Source: Patescibacteria group bacterium (lineage in GTDB: Bacteria > Patescibacteriota > Microgenomatia > UBA8517). From it: a stretch of DNA of 64,000 nucleotides. Made by a program: the position numbers and the translations under genes. Every line of letters starts with the position of its first letter. The first letter of the stretch is position 1. Location: positions 67,151 to 131,150 of the forward strand of contig JBGSJG010000001.1 in the NCBI GenBank assembly GCA_041742135.1, written 5' to 3'. Positions 50,177-59,650 of this stretch are shown here, piece by piece. A model generated the notes under the pieces. It saw nothing but the letters and a program-made list of their open reading frames with translations. It searched no databases and was not told the DNA's origin.

Positions 50177-51124
50177 ATGAACAATACTTTTTTACATAAA
50201 AATTTAACAACCATAATAGTCGTTGCTGCCACTGTCCTTCTAGGTGGGGTTGCGGTATTTACCGGGCTTAGGCTTTTTCAGCTTAGAAACGAGCCAGTAG
50301 CTCCAAATGCTCCCCAAAGCGAGCCTCAAGCGGCAAACGAAGGCGTCATTTTGACCATTCCTTTGGAAACTGTAAAAAGAGGCCCCGGACAGCATCTCTT
50401 GGCAACTCAAGATGTATCCCAGTATAGCGGCCTTGTTTGCGAAGTGACTGCAACTGCCCAAAACCAAGGAAGCGTACACCCAGACAACGACTTGGTAGTA
50501 GCATCGGGGGGCGGTAGCGTTGTTGTTCCGGATGTAGAAAGAGAGGCAGGCGGTGTCTTTTCAGCAAGTGGAACTCTGACTTTGGGAAGCACTGTTACCG
50601 TAACTCTTGAAATGGGTCCCGATGAGGTTTTTTCAGCAGGAATTGACGTCTCACTTGATTGTATAGTCCCCACACCAACCCCGACACCGCAAATTGTTAC
50701 GCAGTCCTGTACTGATTTAGCTTTTGCGCTTTCTACTCCAACCTCCACGGCTGCAGCGACGCCTACTGCAACCCCAACGAGCACGCCTACAGCTACACCA
50801 ACTGCCACATCAACTCCAAACATGACACCTGAGTATCCTTGCAACAGTAAATGTACACTGGATAGCCAGTGTCAAAAGACAGACTCAAACTATGTTTGCC
50901 ATGACGAAGCAGGGCAAACAACTTGCAGGCACCGCGCATACACAAGCCAAGAAAACTGTCAGCCGCCAACAAGTACACCAACAAGTACCGCAACCACAAC
51001 TGCACGCGCCACTGCAACAGCAACACCCGCTGCCTTGCCACAAGCAGGAGTTGGAACTCCAACAATTGTGGGTATTGGTGCAGGCATATTGTTACTACTG
51101 GGTGCTTTAGCTCTCGCTCTCTAA
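50177..51124 (+). CDS. 'B-type' sortase substrate 1 (LPQAG) with Thr-rich linker and 6-Cys module
   Basis: N-terminal TM + VAPNAPQS; TPNMTPEYPCNS.CT..SQCQKTDS.Y.C...CRH..Y..Q.NC.PP; LPQAG-TM. Confidence 0.8.
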   Translation: MNNTFLHKNLTTIIVVAATVLLGGVAVFTGLRLFQLRNEPVAPNAPQSEPQAANEGVILTIPLETVKRGPGQHLLATQDVSQYSGLVCEVTATAQNQGSVHPDNDLVVASGGGSVVVPDVEREAGGVFSASGTLTLGSTVTVTLEMGPDEVFSAGIDVSLDCIVPTPTPTPQIVTQSCTDLAFALSTPTSTAAATPTATPTSTPTATPTATSTPNMTPEYPCNSKCTLDSQCQKTDSNYVCHDEAGQTTCRHRAYTSQENCQPPTSTPTSTATTTARATATATPAALPQAGVGTPTIVGIGAGILLLLGALALAL

Positions 51125-51126
51125 AT

Positions 51127-52299
51127 ATGTTCGATCAAGGACCGCAAGCTTCTCAAACACAAACTATCACTACGGCTCCTCAGGGTGGGAATAAAAAAAG
51201 GTGGATTATACCCGTTATTGTTCTTGCAATAACGCTGCTTGGAGTGGGAGCTGGGGTGTTTCTGACGCAACAAGGAAAAGACATTGTCCCAAGTGGCGCC
51301 ACAGGTATATGCCAACACGACGAGTGTAGCCCCAATGACGCCCCCACCTGTCAAACAAATGGTGCTGGCAATACTGGCTATCAGTGCACATGCACAGCTA
51401 TACTTCAGCCGGATCTGAGGGATTGTATCTACGGAGTTTATGTGTGGAGCTGTGGAAATTACAATCCGAGTGCTTGCCAACCAGCCTCTGCCACAAACCC
51501 ACCCGGGCAGGAATGTTCTCCTGGGCAAGTGGACACGGGCAGCTGTGGAGGCTCTTGTGCCAGTAACCAAAGACCCATAAAGGTTTGCCAAAGCAATGGC
51601 ACATGGGGCCTGACGCAATGTACCAGCGATTCAAGTTGTACTACTCAAGCCACCAATCCGCCAGGGGCTACTAATCCTCCAGCTGGAGGATGTACTGGTG
51701 GAGGAAACACACCGATGACTTGTACTGGCCCTGGAACTTTTGAAGTTCAAACCTGTAATTGTCCCAACAATTCTGGTACTAGCTACCCCGGATGTATTTG
51801 TAATGACAACTGCAGTACCCAAAACGTAACCCTAGCTTCCGGGCAATCTCAAACATTTAATGTTTCGGCCCCCGTTTGTGGAGCCGCACAAGTTGACGTT
51901 AATAACTACGGAGGAGCATGTGCGGGATCCGGCGCAGTATGTACCGCACCACCAGATGCCACAACAAGCTCTTCAGCGTCACCGACAGCTACACCTACAG
52001 ACCAAATTTCAGCCCGCTGTATAAACATAATGGCATACGACACAAACTGGAGCGCTCTTTCGGCTGAGGAACTTTCTGAAATTGGCCCCGGCGACACCAT
52101 CAGATTTGTGGTTGCTGGCAACACATCAAGTGGATCGTTTACCAAGGCAAGGTTTACTATAAATGGAGTCCTTCGCCAAGAGGTGTCTCAAAAGCGGCCA
52201 GGGACAGAAGAGTTTTATGATGAATACACAATTCCGGCAGACGCAACCGGACTTACCGTTGATGCTCAAATTTATCACACTGTTTTGGGTTGGTTTTAA
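51127..52299 (+). CDS. 'A-type' membrane-anchored protein 2 with Cys-rich central region
   Basis: TM, more than 20 Cys, ATNPP repeats, same C-terminal GWF domain as 49341..50171. Confidence 0.8.
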   Translation: MFDQGPQASQTQTITTAPQGGNKKRWIIPVIVLAITLLGVGAGVFLTQQGKDIVPSGATGICQHDECSPNDAPTCQTNGAGNTGYQCTCTAILQPDLRDCIYGVYVWSCGNYNPSACQPASATNPPGQECSPGQVDTGSCGGSCASNQRPIKVCQSNGTWGLTQCTSDSSCTTQATNPPGATNPPAGGCTGGGNTPMTCTGPGTFEVQTCNCPNNSGTSYPGCICNDNCSTQNVTLASGQSQTFNVSAPVCGAAQVDVNNYGGACAGSGAVCTAPPDATTSSSASPTATPTDQISARCINIMAYDTNWSALSAEELSEIGPGDTIRFVVAGNTSSGSFTKARFTINGVLRQEVSQKRPGTEEFYDEYTIPADATGLTVDAQIYHTVLGWF

Positions 52300-52304
52300 T
52301 TAAT

Positions 52305-53534
52305 ATGAATCTTAAAAAAGACTGGATAAAAATCGTTTTGATATTAGCCACCATCGTCTTGGGTGGAGTCGCTATGTTCATTGCTCTCAGGCTTTACAAC
52401 CAAAGAGATCAAGCAGTTGCACCCAATGCTCCACAAAGTAATCCAGCAGCCCAGGAAACAGGTGCGTGCCAAACTTGGACTTTAACTTTCGCCTCCCCCA
52501 CGAGTTCCGCCACGTCTAGCTCAACAGCATCTTCCACAGCCAGTTCAACTCCTACCCCGTCCCCGATTGATTGTGTAGAGGGAGAATTTACCGAGACCTT
52601 TGCCAGCTCAAACCTGAATCAATACAACACAGGAGGATCAGGCTCAGCGAGTGTCAGTTCGGGGCAGCTCAACATGACTGTGCAGGTACGCGACGACAAC
52701 ACGGGGAGCTGGGATCCAAGATACTATATCGAGGCAGAAAGACCTATAAGTGGAGCTTTTGACACATCACTTATCGTCAAGAGTCTTTCCGGGCCTAATG
52801 ACTATCAAGGATCGGTACGACTCAACATAGACGATACCGGAGAAACAGGTGCCGCTCCTACGCAAGCTGTAGTCATTGCTGTCGAGAAGGGCCAAGGCAC
52901 TGCACGAGACGTTGAATTTCATACAAACACGAGTTACGCAGCTGGTAATTTTGTACGCAGAAGCATTCCTGCCACAGGCGATGTCACTTTGAAAATCGAA
53001 AGAACCACAAGCGGAGCGGTAATTGGCTATTATGATGTTGGGGCAGGATTTGTAAAACTAGGCGAATATACGGGCATTACCAAACCAATGTACGTACGCC
53101 CCGCTCTCAGATCAGACGACGTTCACAATCGAAACACCCAAGCAACCGCTCAGGTTACAGGCAGCATCGACAACTGGCTTGTAAGCTGTATAACACCCAC
53201 AACAACCGCAACGAGCACTGCGACCTCTACTGCTACTTCTACTTCAACCTCAACATCTACACCAAACATGACGCCTGAATATCCTTGCAATAGTGCTTGC
53301 ACAAGCAACAGCCAATGCCAAAAAACTGATTCCAAATATATCTGCTATAGCCAGACGGGCAGTTGCCGACACTCGGACTACCCAGCGCAATCCAATTGTC
53401 TGCCCCCTGGAGTTACAGGAACACCAAACCCAACACTGCCTCCTGTTCCCCAGTCTGGCGTGAACTTGCCAACTGTTCTTGGAATTGGGCTTGGAGCTCT
53501 TCTAATCCTTGGGGCTTTGGGACTGCTGCTTTAA
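52305..53534 (+). CDS. 'B-type' sortase substrate 2 (VPQSG) with beta-rich, possibly ConA/LamG-like central domain
   Basis: Same N-terminus and 6-Cys module as 50177..51124; TLKIERT...VIGYY.VG..F..LG suggests a lectin-like fold; VPQSG-TM. Confidence 0.75.
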   Translation: MNLKKDWIKIVLILATIVLGGVAMFIALRLYNQRDQAVAPNAPQSNPAAQETGACQTWTLTFASPTSSATSSSTASSTASSTPTPSPIDCVEGEFTETFASSNLNQYNTGGSGSASVSSGQLNMTVQVRDDNTGSWDPRYYIEAERPISGAFDTSLIVKSLSGPNDYQGSVRLNIDDTGETGAAPTQAVVIAVEKGQGTARDVEFHTNTSYAAGNFVRRSIPATGDVTLKIERTTSGAVIGYYDVGAGFVKLGEYTGITKPMYVRPALRSDDVHNRNTQATAQVTGSIDNWLVSCITPTTTATSTATSTATSTSTSTSTPNMTPEYPCNSACTSNSQCQKTDSKYICYSQTGSCRHSDYPAQSNCLPPGVTGTPNPTLPPVPQSGVNLPTVLGIGLGALLILGALGLLL

Positions 53535-53535
53535 G

Positions 53536-55905
53536 TTATCTCCACGAGGAAATCCAATAATAACTTTTATCCCACCACTCGGGAACAAAAATCGCGCTCC
53601 AGTGTGGATAAAAATAAACAAATGCCAAAAATATTACCAGCGATGGAAGAAGAAGCCACTTTATTCTTTTTAAGAGACTCGCCAAAATGATTGCCATGAA
53701 GGGCACGGAAGGCAAATAGTGATACAAAAACATAATTCTGGGGCTAATCGCCCAAGGGGTAAAAAGAACCAAGTAGGAAAACACCAAGACTAAATAAACC
53801 ACCAATCGTTTTTTAATGGCCACAAATAGCGAAAGCACGACCGACAGCCCTCCTAGCCAGAAGAAAAATGGATTGCCGTGTGCATAGATGTTAGCGACAA
53901 TTCCATCTTTGTAATTTTGATAAAGGTACACGGGGCGCAGTGTCAAAGGCCAGCTCCACCAGGCTGATGTATAAGGGTGAGTGGCGTTTAGGCCCGAGTG
54001 ATACCACCACATTTGTTTTTGCATTCCCCAAAACGTTTCAAGGTTATGCCCAAAGGTGAACATCGGCAAGTAACTTGCCAAGTAAATCACCGGAGGAATA
54101 AGCAAATACCAAAGCAAACTGAGCTTGATTTTGGGTCTTAGTAAAACAAACGACAGCGCAAAGACAGGCAACATCCACATCGTGCTCCACTTAGTTGCAG
54201 CCGCGAAACCTAAAAATATTGCGCTTATCAAATCGCGCTTTGCCAAAAAGTAATAATAAGAAATCAAGGCAAAAGCGACAAAATAAACATCCGCAGTGCC
54301 AATGCGCGACATGGTTAAAACAAGCCCATCAAGAGCGATAAACAAAGCGGCAAAAATAGCAATGTCGCGGCTAGCAAATAATTTTTTGGCAATTTTATAA
54401 ACCATCAAAACTATTGCGACTCCCAATAGTGCCCCTGGAAGCCTCCACGCAAACGAATGTACACCCAGAACGCCCATACTTGCCGCCATAATTTCTTTCG
54501 CCAACGGCGGATGTGTCCACTCGTATGCAAAGCCCTCGGGGTGAGCACTACTCCAGTGCCAAGGCTTTGGGTCTCCCACAAGCATCTGGCGCGCCGTAAA
54601 CGCATGATAAATCTCATCAAAATAATCCTGTGGGGGAAAATCCAGGCGGACCAAGCGAATAACTAGTGAAAAAAGCAAAATTCCAAAGAGCAATCGCTTT
54701 TCCCATTTAGAGTTTATTCTGTCATCTATTTCTTCTCTCTTAAGACTTTTAAAAAAATTTCTAATGCTTGCAAGTAAAAACTTTGAAGAGGGAACTAGAG
54801 TTTGGCGAATCAGATAAACAAACAAAACAAGATTGATCGCGATTACGATTTTAACAATTATGTCGGGCAGAACTTCTGCAAAATCGTCGGTTATCCACTT
54901 GTAGGAATAAAACATATTCAAAACATAAGTTATCGAAAGCCCGATATAAACGATCCATAAATTCGGCGTTATTGCCGCGGCGATGGCAAGCGGAGCCAAA
55001 GCCGGAAGCATGTGCCTCTCGTGCATACTGGTGAAAAACAAAAAATTAGTTAAAAGAAGGATTGCCAAAGCGTGATAGGGTTTAGCGGTGGTAAGTTTAT
55101 TTTTGAAAACCGCAATTAAACTCACAAAACCCAAGGCTAGAACTCCAAAATTCTTAGCGCTTACAATTCCAGGCAAATCCTTCTGCCAAAAGCCACTTAG
55201 GCCCCAAAAGTTAAATGCGTTGACGCTCGTGTAAGGGTATTGCCCGAGTGTTGCCTCAAATCGGCTGTAAATGAAAGACAAGAGATTAGTAGAACCCGAA
55301 AAAGGATAAAACAACAAAATGATTGTTAGTGCAAAAACGCTTCCGAAGCCAACCATACGGGTAAACTTCCACTTCTTGTAAATCATAAGAGCCACAAGTA
55401 CCGGCAACATCATTAAAGCTTGGGGTTTCACCAGCACTCCCCAACCCAAAATTGCCGCCGAGAGTGGCCACACATTAAATGACAAAATTGCCAGTAGCGT
55501 ACTTAGGCTTGTCAACACATCAACTTGTCCCCAAAAAGTAGAATTGGCCAACACAGCCGGGTTAAGTAAGTATGCGGCTGAAGCCAAAATTGCAGTTTTC
55601 GGACGTGATTTTAAAACGTGATAAATAACGTAACCAACCCCAAGGTCAGCCAGTATCGCGGGCAGCTTAAACAAGACTACAGTATCCAGAAGGTTCGTTT
55701 CTTGGATTCTGGCCAATAATGCCAACACATAAATATATCCGGGGAGGTAATCACTCCAAGCCGCGTAAAACTGGCCAAAGCCAAGACTTGCCGCACGCTC
55801 GGCCCACGCAATAAACGTATTTTGATCAAGACTCAGGGTTCCGAAAGAGGCCAAGCTAAAACGTACTACAAAGCTTCCTAAAAGTAGAAGTACAATGGGG
55901 GACAT
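53536..55905 (-). CDS. Fused double GT-C glycosyltransferase (ALG6/GT87-like plus protein O-mannosyltransferase, GT39-like)
   Basis: N-half DYLPGY, KLPAILAD, NPA...WGQVD, KPQ, MHERH; C-half FDEIYH, HPPLAK, ATKWS, HPY.S.WWSWP, FLYHYLP. Start uncertain (55905, 55923 or further upstream). Confidence 0.85.
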   Translation of the reverse strand: MSPIVLLLLGSFVVRFSLASFGTLSLDQNTFIAWAERAASLGFGQFYAAWSDYLPGYIYVLALLARIQETNLLDTVVLFKLPAILADLGVGYVIYHVLKSRPKTAILASAAYLLNPAVLANSTFWGQVDVLTSLSTLLAILSFNVWPLSAAILGWGVLVKPQALMMLPVLVALMIYKKWKFTRMVGFGSVFALTIILLFYPFSGSTNLLSFIYSRFEATLGQYPYTSVNAFNFWGLSGFWQKDLPGIVSAKNFGVLALGFVSLIAVFKNKLTTAKPYHALAILLLTNFLFFTSMHERHMLPALAPLAIAAAITPNLWIVYIGLSITYVLNMFYSYKWITDDFAEVLPDIIVKIVIAINLVLFVYLIRQTLVPSSKFLLASIRNFFKSLKREEIDDRINSKWEKRLLFGILLFSLVIRLVRLDFPPQDYFDEIYHAFTARQMLVGDPKPWHWSSAHPEGFAYEWTHPPLAKEIMAASMGVLGVHSFAWRLPGALLGVAIVLMVYKIAKKLFASRDIAIFAALFIALDGLVLTMSRIGTADVYFVAFALISYYYFLAKRDLISAIFLGFAAATKWSTMWMLPVFALSFVLLRPKIKLSLLWYLLIPPVIYLASYLPMFTFGHNLETFWGMQKQMWWYHSGLNATHPYTSAWWSWPLTLRPVYLYQNYKDGIVANIYAHGNPFFFWLGGLSVVLSLFVAIKKRLVVYLVLVFSYLVLFTPWAISPRIMFLYHYLPSVPFMAIILASLLKRIKWLLLPSLVIFLAFVYFYPHWSAIFVPEWWDKSYYWISSWR

Positions 55906-57034
55906 GAGAAAGTTTTTGATCATTCTTTTTTTATCAACACTTTTTATATATTTCATAAGCTCTCCGGGCACAACCCCGTATGACTATTTTACCCGACTTG
56001 CTGATGCAATGCTTCATGGGCGAATCCACCTAACAACTAGCTCTCCATGGCTAAACGAATTGATCCCAATCAGTGGCTTGTATTATGTTGCTTACCCGCC
56101 AATGCCGGCGTTTCTTTCATTGCCATTTGTGGCAATCTTTAAAAGCCTTTGGCAGCAGCAGTTTCTGGCTCACATCCTTGGAGCAGGCATTGTATGCGTA
56201 AATGCTGCTCTGGCATTTAGCATTCGCAAAAACAGAACTATCGCTCTTTGGGTAGGTCTTTTGGCTGGCTTTGGAACAGTCATTTGGTTTTTAAGCTCGG
56301 TTGGGTCTTCTTGGTATCTGGGCCAGCTTTCGGCAGCATTTTTTCTTTCGTTGGCACTTTACGAGTCGTTCGCCAAAAAACGTCCAATTCTTGTGGGCTT
56401 GTTACTTGGTGCGGCATATTTATCTCGTATCCATACGATTTTGTCGGTTGTATTTTTTATACATCTTTTTCGGGCAGAATTTAAAAAGATTTTTCTGTTT
56501 CTTTTGGGCATACTTCCTGCACTCGCCATAAACGCACTTTATAATTTTGCTCGCTTTGGAGTTTTGTGGGACAAAGGTTATGTCCTTATTCCCGGAGTTC
56601 TTGAGGAGCCTTGGTACAAACTTGGAATAATTCATCCAAGTTATATTGTTCGGCATTTAAAAGTAATCTTCTTGTCTCTTCCAGTTTTTCAAGAAAAGTT
56701 CCCCTTCATTCTTCCCTCTTGGGGAGGGCTTGCTATCTGGGTTACGTCCCCTGCTTTGTTTGTGGCTATATTGGCGCCTTTTAATAAACCTGTTATAAAA
56801 ATGGCCGTACTTTCCGGAGGATTAATCGCAGCCCCAATACTTATGCACGGAACTACTGGTTTCGCTCAATTTGGCTATAGATTCTTAGTTGATCTCATTC
56901 CCTTCATTTTTTTACTTATCATGCATGCCCTGCCGGAAAAGCTTAAATGGTGGCACTGGGCACTTTTATTTTTTAGTATTCTAGTTAATGCGTGGGGAGT
57001 GATCGTGATTAACAAACTCGGTTTAGCAGGATAG
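55904..57034 (+). CDS. GT-C-like multi-pass membrane glycosyltransferase
   Basis: YF..LADA.L.GR, YVAYPPMPA, GAAYLSR, YNFARFG, QFGYRF; TACAAT 7 nt before ATG 55904. Confidence 0.7.
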   Translation: MRKFLIILFLSTLFIYFISSPGTTPYDYFTRLADAMLHGRIHLTTSSPWLNELIPISGLYYVAYPPMPAFLSLPFVAIFKSLWQQQFLAHILGAGIVCVNAALAFSIRKNRTIALWVGLLAGFGTVIWFLSSVGSSWYLGQLSAAFFLSLALYESFAKKRPILVGLLLGAAYLSRIHTILSVVFFIHLFRAEFKKIFLFLLGILPALAINALYNFARFGVLWDKGYVLIPGVLEEPWYKLGIIHPSYIVRHLKVIFLSLPVFQEKFPFILPSWGGLAIWVTSPALFVAILAPFNKPVIKMAVLSGGLIAAPILMHGTTGFAQFGYRFLVDLIPFIFLLIMHALPEKLKWWHWALLFFSILVNAWGVIVINKLGLAG

Positions 57035-57076
57035 CAATTGCTAAGGCGCACCTTCTGTCCTAAAATACTTTCCACG

Positions 57077-58105
57077 ATGGCCAGTAACGCTGAACGTCCA
57101 GTGTGCGAGTATGGAGATGTAATCATTCGCGATTTTAAGCTTGAGGGCATGGTCGCGGCAGATCACAAGAGGGTCAATGTTATTATGCCAAGCGATTCCT
57201 CCGGAGTCGTTCATGCGGAGTCTATTACAAAAATAGTACGAGACCACCTAGATTACAGGGAGAACTCATCGGCAAGAATAGACCAAGCTAGACACGAAGC
57301 TAGGCTGAGGCCAGAAATAGGCCGTGAGTACTTAGAAATGTGTGCTGCGACAGAAGCATACTGGAGCAGCCCAGAACCTGCTCCTGTTCTTTTACTCCCT
57401 TGCATCGCTTTAAGTGCGGATACGGTAGGCTTGACGGAAATCGAATCTGACACTGAAGGGGTACTTGCCGACTTGGCTGGCCAAAGGCGTAACGTCTTGA
57501 TGGCAATGCTGATGGTTCGCAGTGTGACCGCTCAAACAGGCGCACTTTTAGGAGGAGACTTCGCGGCAGACGTGCCATTAACAGACCTGGAAGAACAGCA
57601 TACGGCCTTAGGTGAAGCAATCGAAAGTGCTATTCGCGACTTAAAGAACAGTATCCCAAACCGGCAGGCGTTAGACGTGGTGACAAGCGAAATAAACGCA
57701 TCCGTAGCCGGAGCAAAATTTATACACGGTATATCTCCGTTTGACACCACTCAAATAATTGAACTGGGGCAGGGAAATCTAAATTTGGCACGGCCTACGC
57801 CAAGCGACATTTCGCTCGCAGCCAGCATTGATAGATTGGCTATCCCCTCAAATACTAACCTGCGCTCTTTGGTTATACTGACTGCATCTGAAGCTGCACT
57901 CCAGCTTGCATATAATATCGATAGTACCCCACCTCCAAACATCGCCAAAATTTCTTCTGCAGTTAAAGCCATTAACGTCCTTCTGCCAGCGAACCCAGAA
58001 TCTTCGAACACAAAGGAGATCTTAGAAGCAATGCCGGGTCAGTTTCCTATGGTTGAGCGGTTTGCTTCCACTTGTTTTTCCAAAAAAAGAGGCCTTTTTG
58101 GATAG
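57077..58105 (+). CDS. Hypothetical protein
   Basis: Long ORF; first ATG at 57077. Confidence 0.65.
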   Translation: MASNAERPVCEYGDVIIRDFKLEGMVAADHKRVNVIMPSDSSGVVHAESITKIVRDHLDYRENSSARIDQARHEARLRPEIGREYLEMCAATEAYWSSPEPAPVLLLPCIALSADTVGLTEIESDTEGVLADLAGQRRNVLMAMLMVRSVTAQTGALLGGDFAADVPLTDLEEQHTALGEAIESAIRDLKNSIPNRQALDVVTSEINASVAGAKFIHGISPFDTTQIIELGQGNLNLARPTPSDISLAASIDRLAIPSNTNLRSLVILTASEAALQLAYNIDSTPPPNIAKISSAVKAINVLLPANPESSNTKEILEAMPGQFPMVERFASTCFSKKRGLFG

Positions 58106-58134
58106 TCTTCATCTTGACTTGAATATAGTATATA

Positions 58135-58602
58135 ATGACTAAAGTGGACAATCAGAATCCTCAAAATAACCCTCCTCAGGGCGAAACGCCCAAGCCCACT
58201 GGCCCTAAAATTTTAATAGTCGAAGACGACACAACTCTTTCAAAGATGTATGCAATGAAGTTTCAAAGTGAAGGCTTTGAAGTACTAATCGCCAACGACG
58301 GGGCTCGCGGATTGGCACTTGCCGCAGAGGCCAACCCTGCTCTTATACTTCTGGACATGATGCTTCCAAAATACTCGGGCATTGAATTTTTAGAGCAACT
58401 GCAACAGCATTCTCAGCCCATAAAGATTCCGATTATTGCTTTGTCTAATTTAACTGAAAAGCAAGAAGCGGATCGTGCGCTTCAGCTTGGAGTCAAAGAA
58501 TATTTAGCTAAAGCAATGAATACTCCGGAGGATGTGGTGAAAAAAGTAAAGCAGTATCTAGGTATGGCTCAGTCTCCTACTACCCCTTCTACCCAAGCGT
58601 GA
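58135..58602 (+). CDS. Single-domain response regulator receiver
   Basis: KILIVEDD, LILLDMMLP, ALSN, YLAK; no output domain. Confidence 0.92.
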   Translation: MTKVDNQNPQNNPPQGETPKPTGPKILIVEDDTTLSKMYAMKFQSEGFEVLIANDGARGLALAAEANPALILLDMMLPKYSGIEFLEQLQQHSQPIKIPIIALSNLTEKQEADRALQLGVKEYLAKAMNTPEDVVKKVKQYLGMAQSPTTPSTQA

Positions 58603-59633
58603 ACTTCTTCCCAGTTGCCACTTCTGGGGACAAATACATAAAGGCCTTTGTAATCCGTTGAGTAAGGAGGATTAAAAAGAAGTTCTTCAGGAATTACTTG
58701 GGAAACCATGTTTCCACGCGCATCAACCAACATACGAACCACCTGTGAAAGCTCTTGGTCAGACAAATCAGTTTCCGTAATCTCTTTAAATGTTTTCCAA
58801 AGAGTAAGTAGCTTTGTTGGCGAGAGCAAAACTTGAGGCGTCACAACAGTGTCTTTGATAGCTACGATTATTTTTTGCTGTCGGGCCGCACGAGCCAAGT
58901 CGTTGCCTTCAGTCGGATCCGTAGAATGCCGAGACCTGGCAAACTTTAAAGCGGTTTGCCCGTCCATTAGCTGTACTCCCGCATCAAAAGCCACAGTTTC
59001 GTATCGACACAAAAATTCAGGATCTCCCCCGCAATCGTCGTCCTCGCGGCCGACAATTGGAAAGCGCGCATCAACAAATGCTCGCTCTACATTAACTTTC
59101 ACCCCTCCCAAAACGTCAACCACTTTTACAAAGCCTTCAAAATTAATTCCTAACGCGTAGTGAATTGGAAGTCCGGTAACTTCTTCGACTACAGATTTTG
59201 CTAAAATTATTCCCCCGCCTGACGCCTTTTTGTTTCCAATTAAATATGCGCCATTTATCTTGTCGTCCAAATTAACGACCCAAATGTCGCGCGGAATAGA
59301 TATTAAAGAAACTTTGCCGTCTTGTCGGTTTATCGAAGCTACGATCATCGTGTCCGTAACAAACGGATTTTTTTCTCCATCCCCTGCAATTCCCAAAAGA
59401 AGAATATTGGTTTTGTTGTCTGTTTGTTCCACCAAACCAGCTTGTGGCAATAAAAATACCCGAGCCATGGATAAATAGTTCCCAAGTGCTGTTGGAGCCA
59501 AAATGCTTTTAAGTAAAACAAACATGCCCCATAGAACCAATATCACACTAGCAAGTAGTGTTAAACGCACAAACCATAAGTGGCGCGACAAGAGTCGTCT
59601 TTTTATTTTCCCCAAGGTACCTCGTAGCTTCAT
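58569..59633 (-). CDS. LytR-CpsA-Psr (LCP) family cell-wall polymer ligase
   Basis: NILLLG, TDTMIV, SIPRD, KIN.AY, ALKFARSRH, DLARAARQQ. Confidence 0.95.
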   Translation of the reverse strand: MKLRGTLGKIKRRLLSRHLWFVRLTLLASVILVLWGMFVLLKSILAPTALGNYLSMARVFLLPQAGLVEQTDNKTNILLLGIAGDGEKNPFVTDTMIVASINRQDGKVSLISIPRDIWVVNLDDKINGAYLIGNKKASGGGIILAKSVVEEVTGLPIHYALGINFEGFVKVVDVLGGVKVNVERAFVDARFPIVGREDDDCGGDPEFLCRYETVAFDAGVQLMDGQTALKFARSRHSTDPTEGNDLARAARQQKIIVAIKDTVVTPQVLLSPTKLLTLWKTFKEITETDLSDQELSQVVRMLVDARGNMVSQVIPEELLFNPPYSTDYKGLYVFVPRSGNWEEVHAWVEGVVGD

Positions 59634-59650
59634 GCTAGAATATTATACCA
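59633..59650. promoter_or_regulatory. Bidirectional extended -10 promoters
   Basis: Plus strand TGcTAGAAT-9 nt-ATG (pcrA); minus strand TGgTATAAT-8 nt-ATG (LCP). Confidence 0.65.

Noticed and set aside
50923-51126. 68-aa N-terminal extension of the 458-aa ORF
   Set aside because: It overlaps the upstream gene in another frame; ATG 51127 just after that gene's stop fits the operon pattern.
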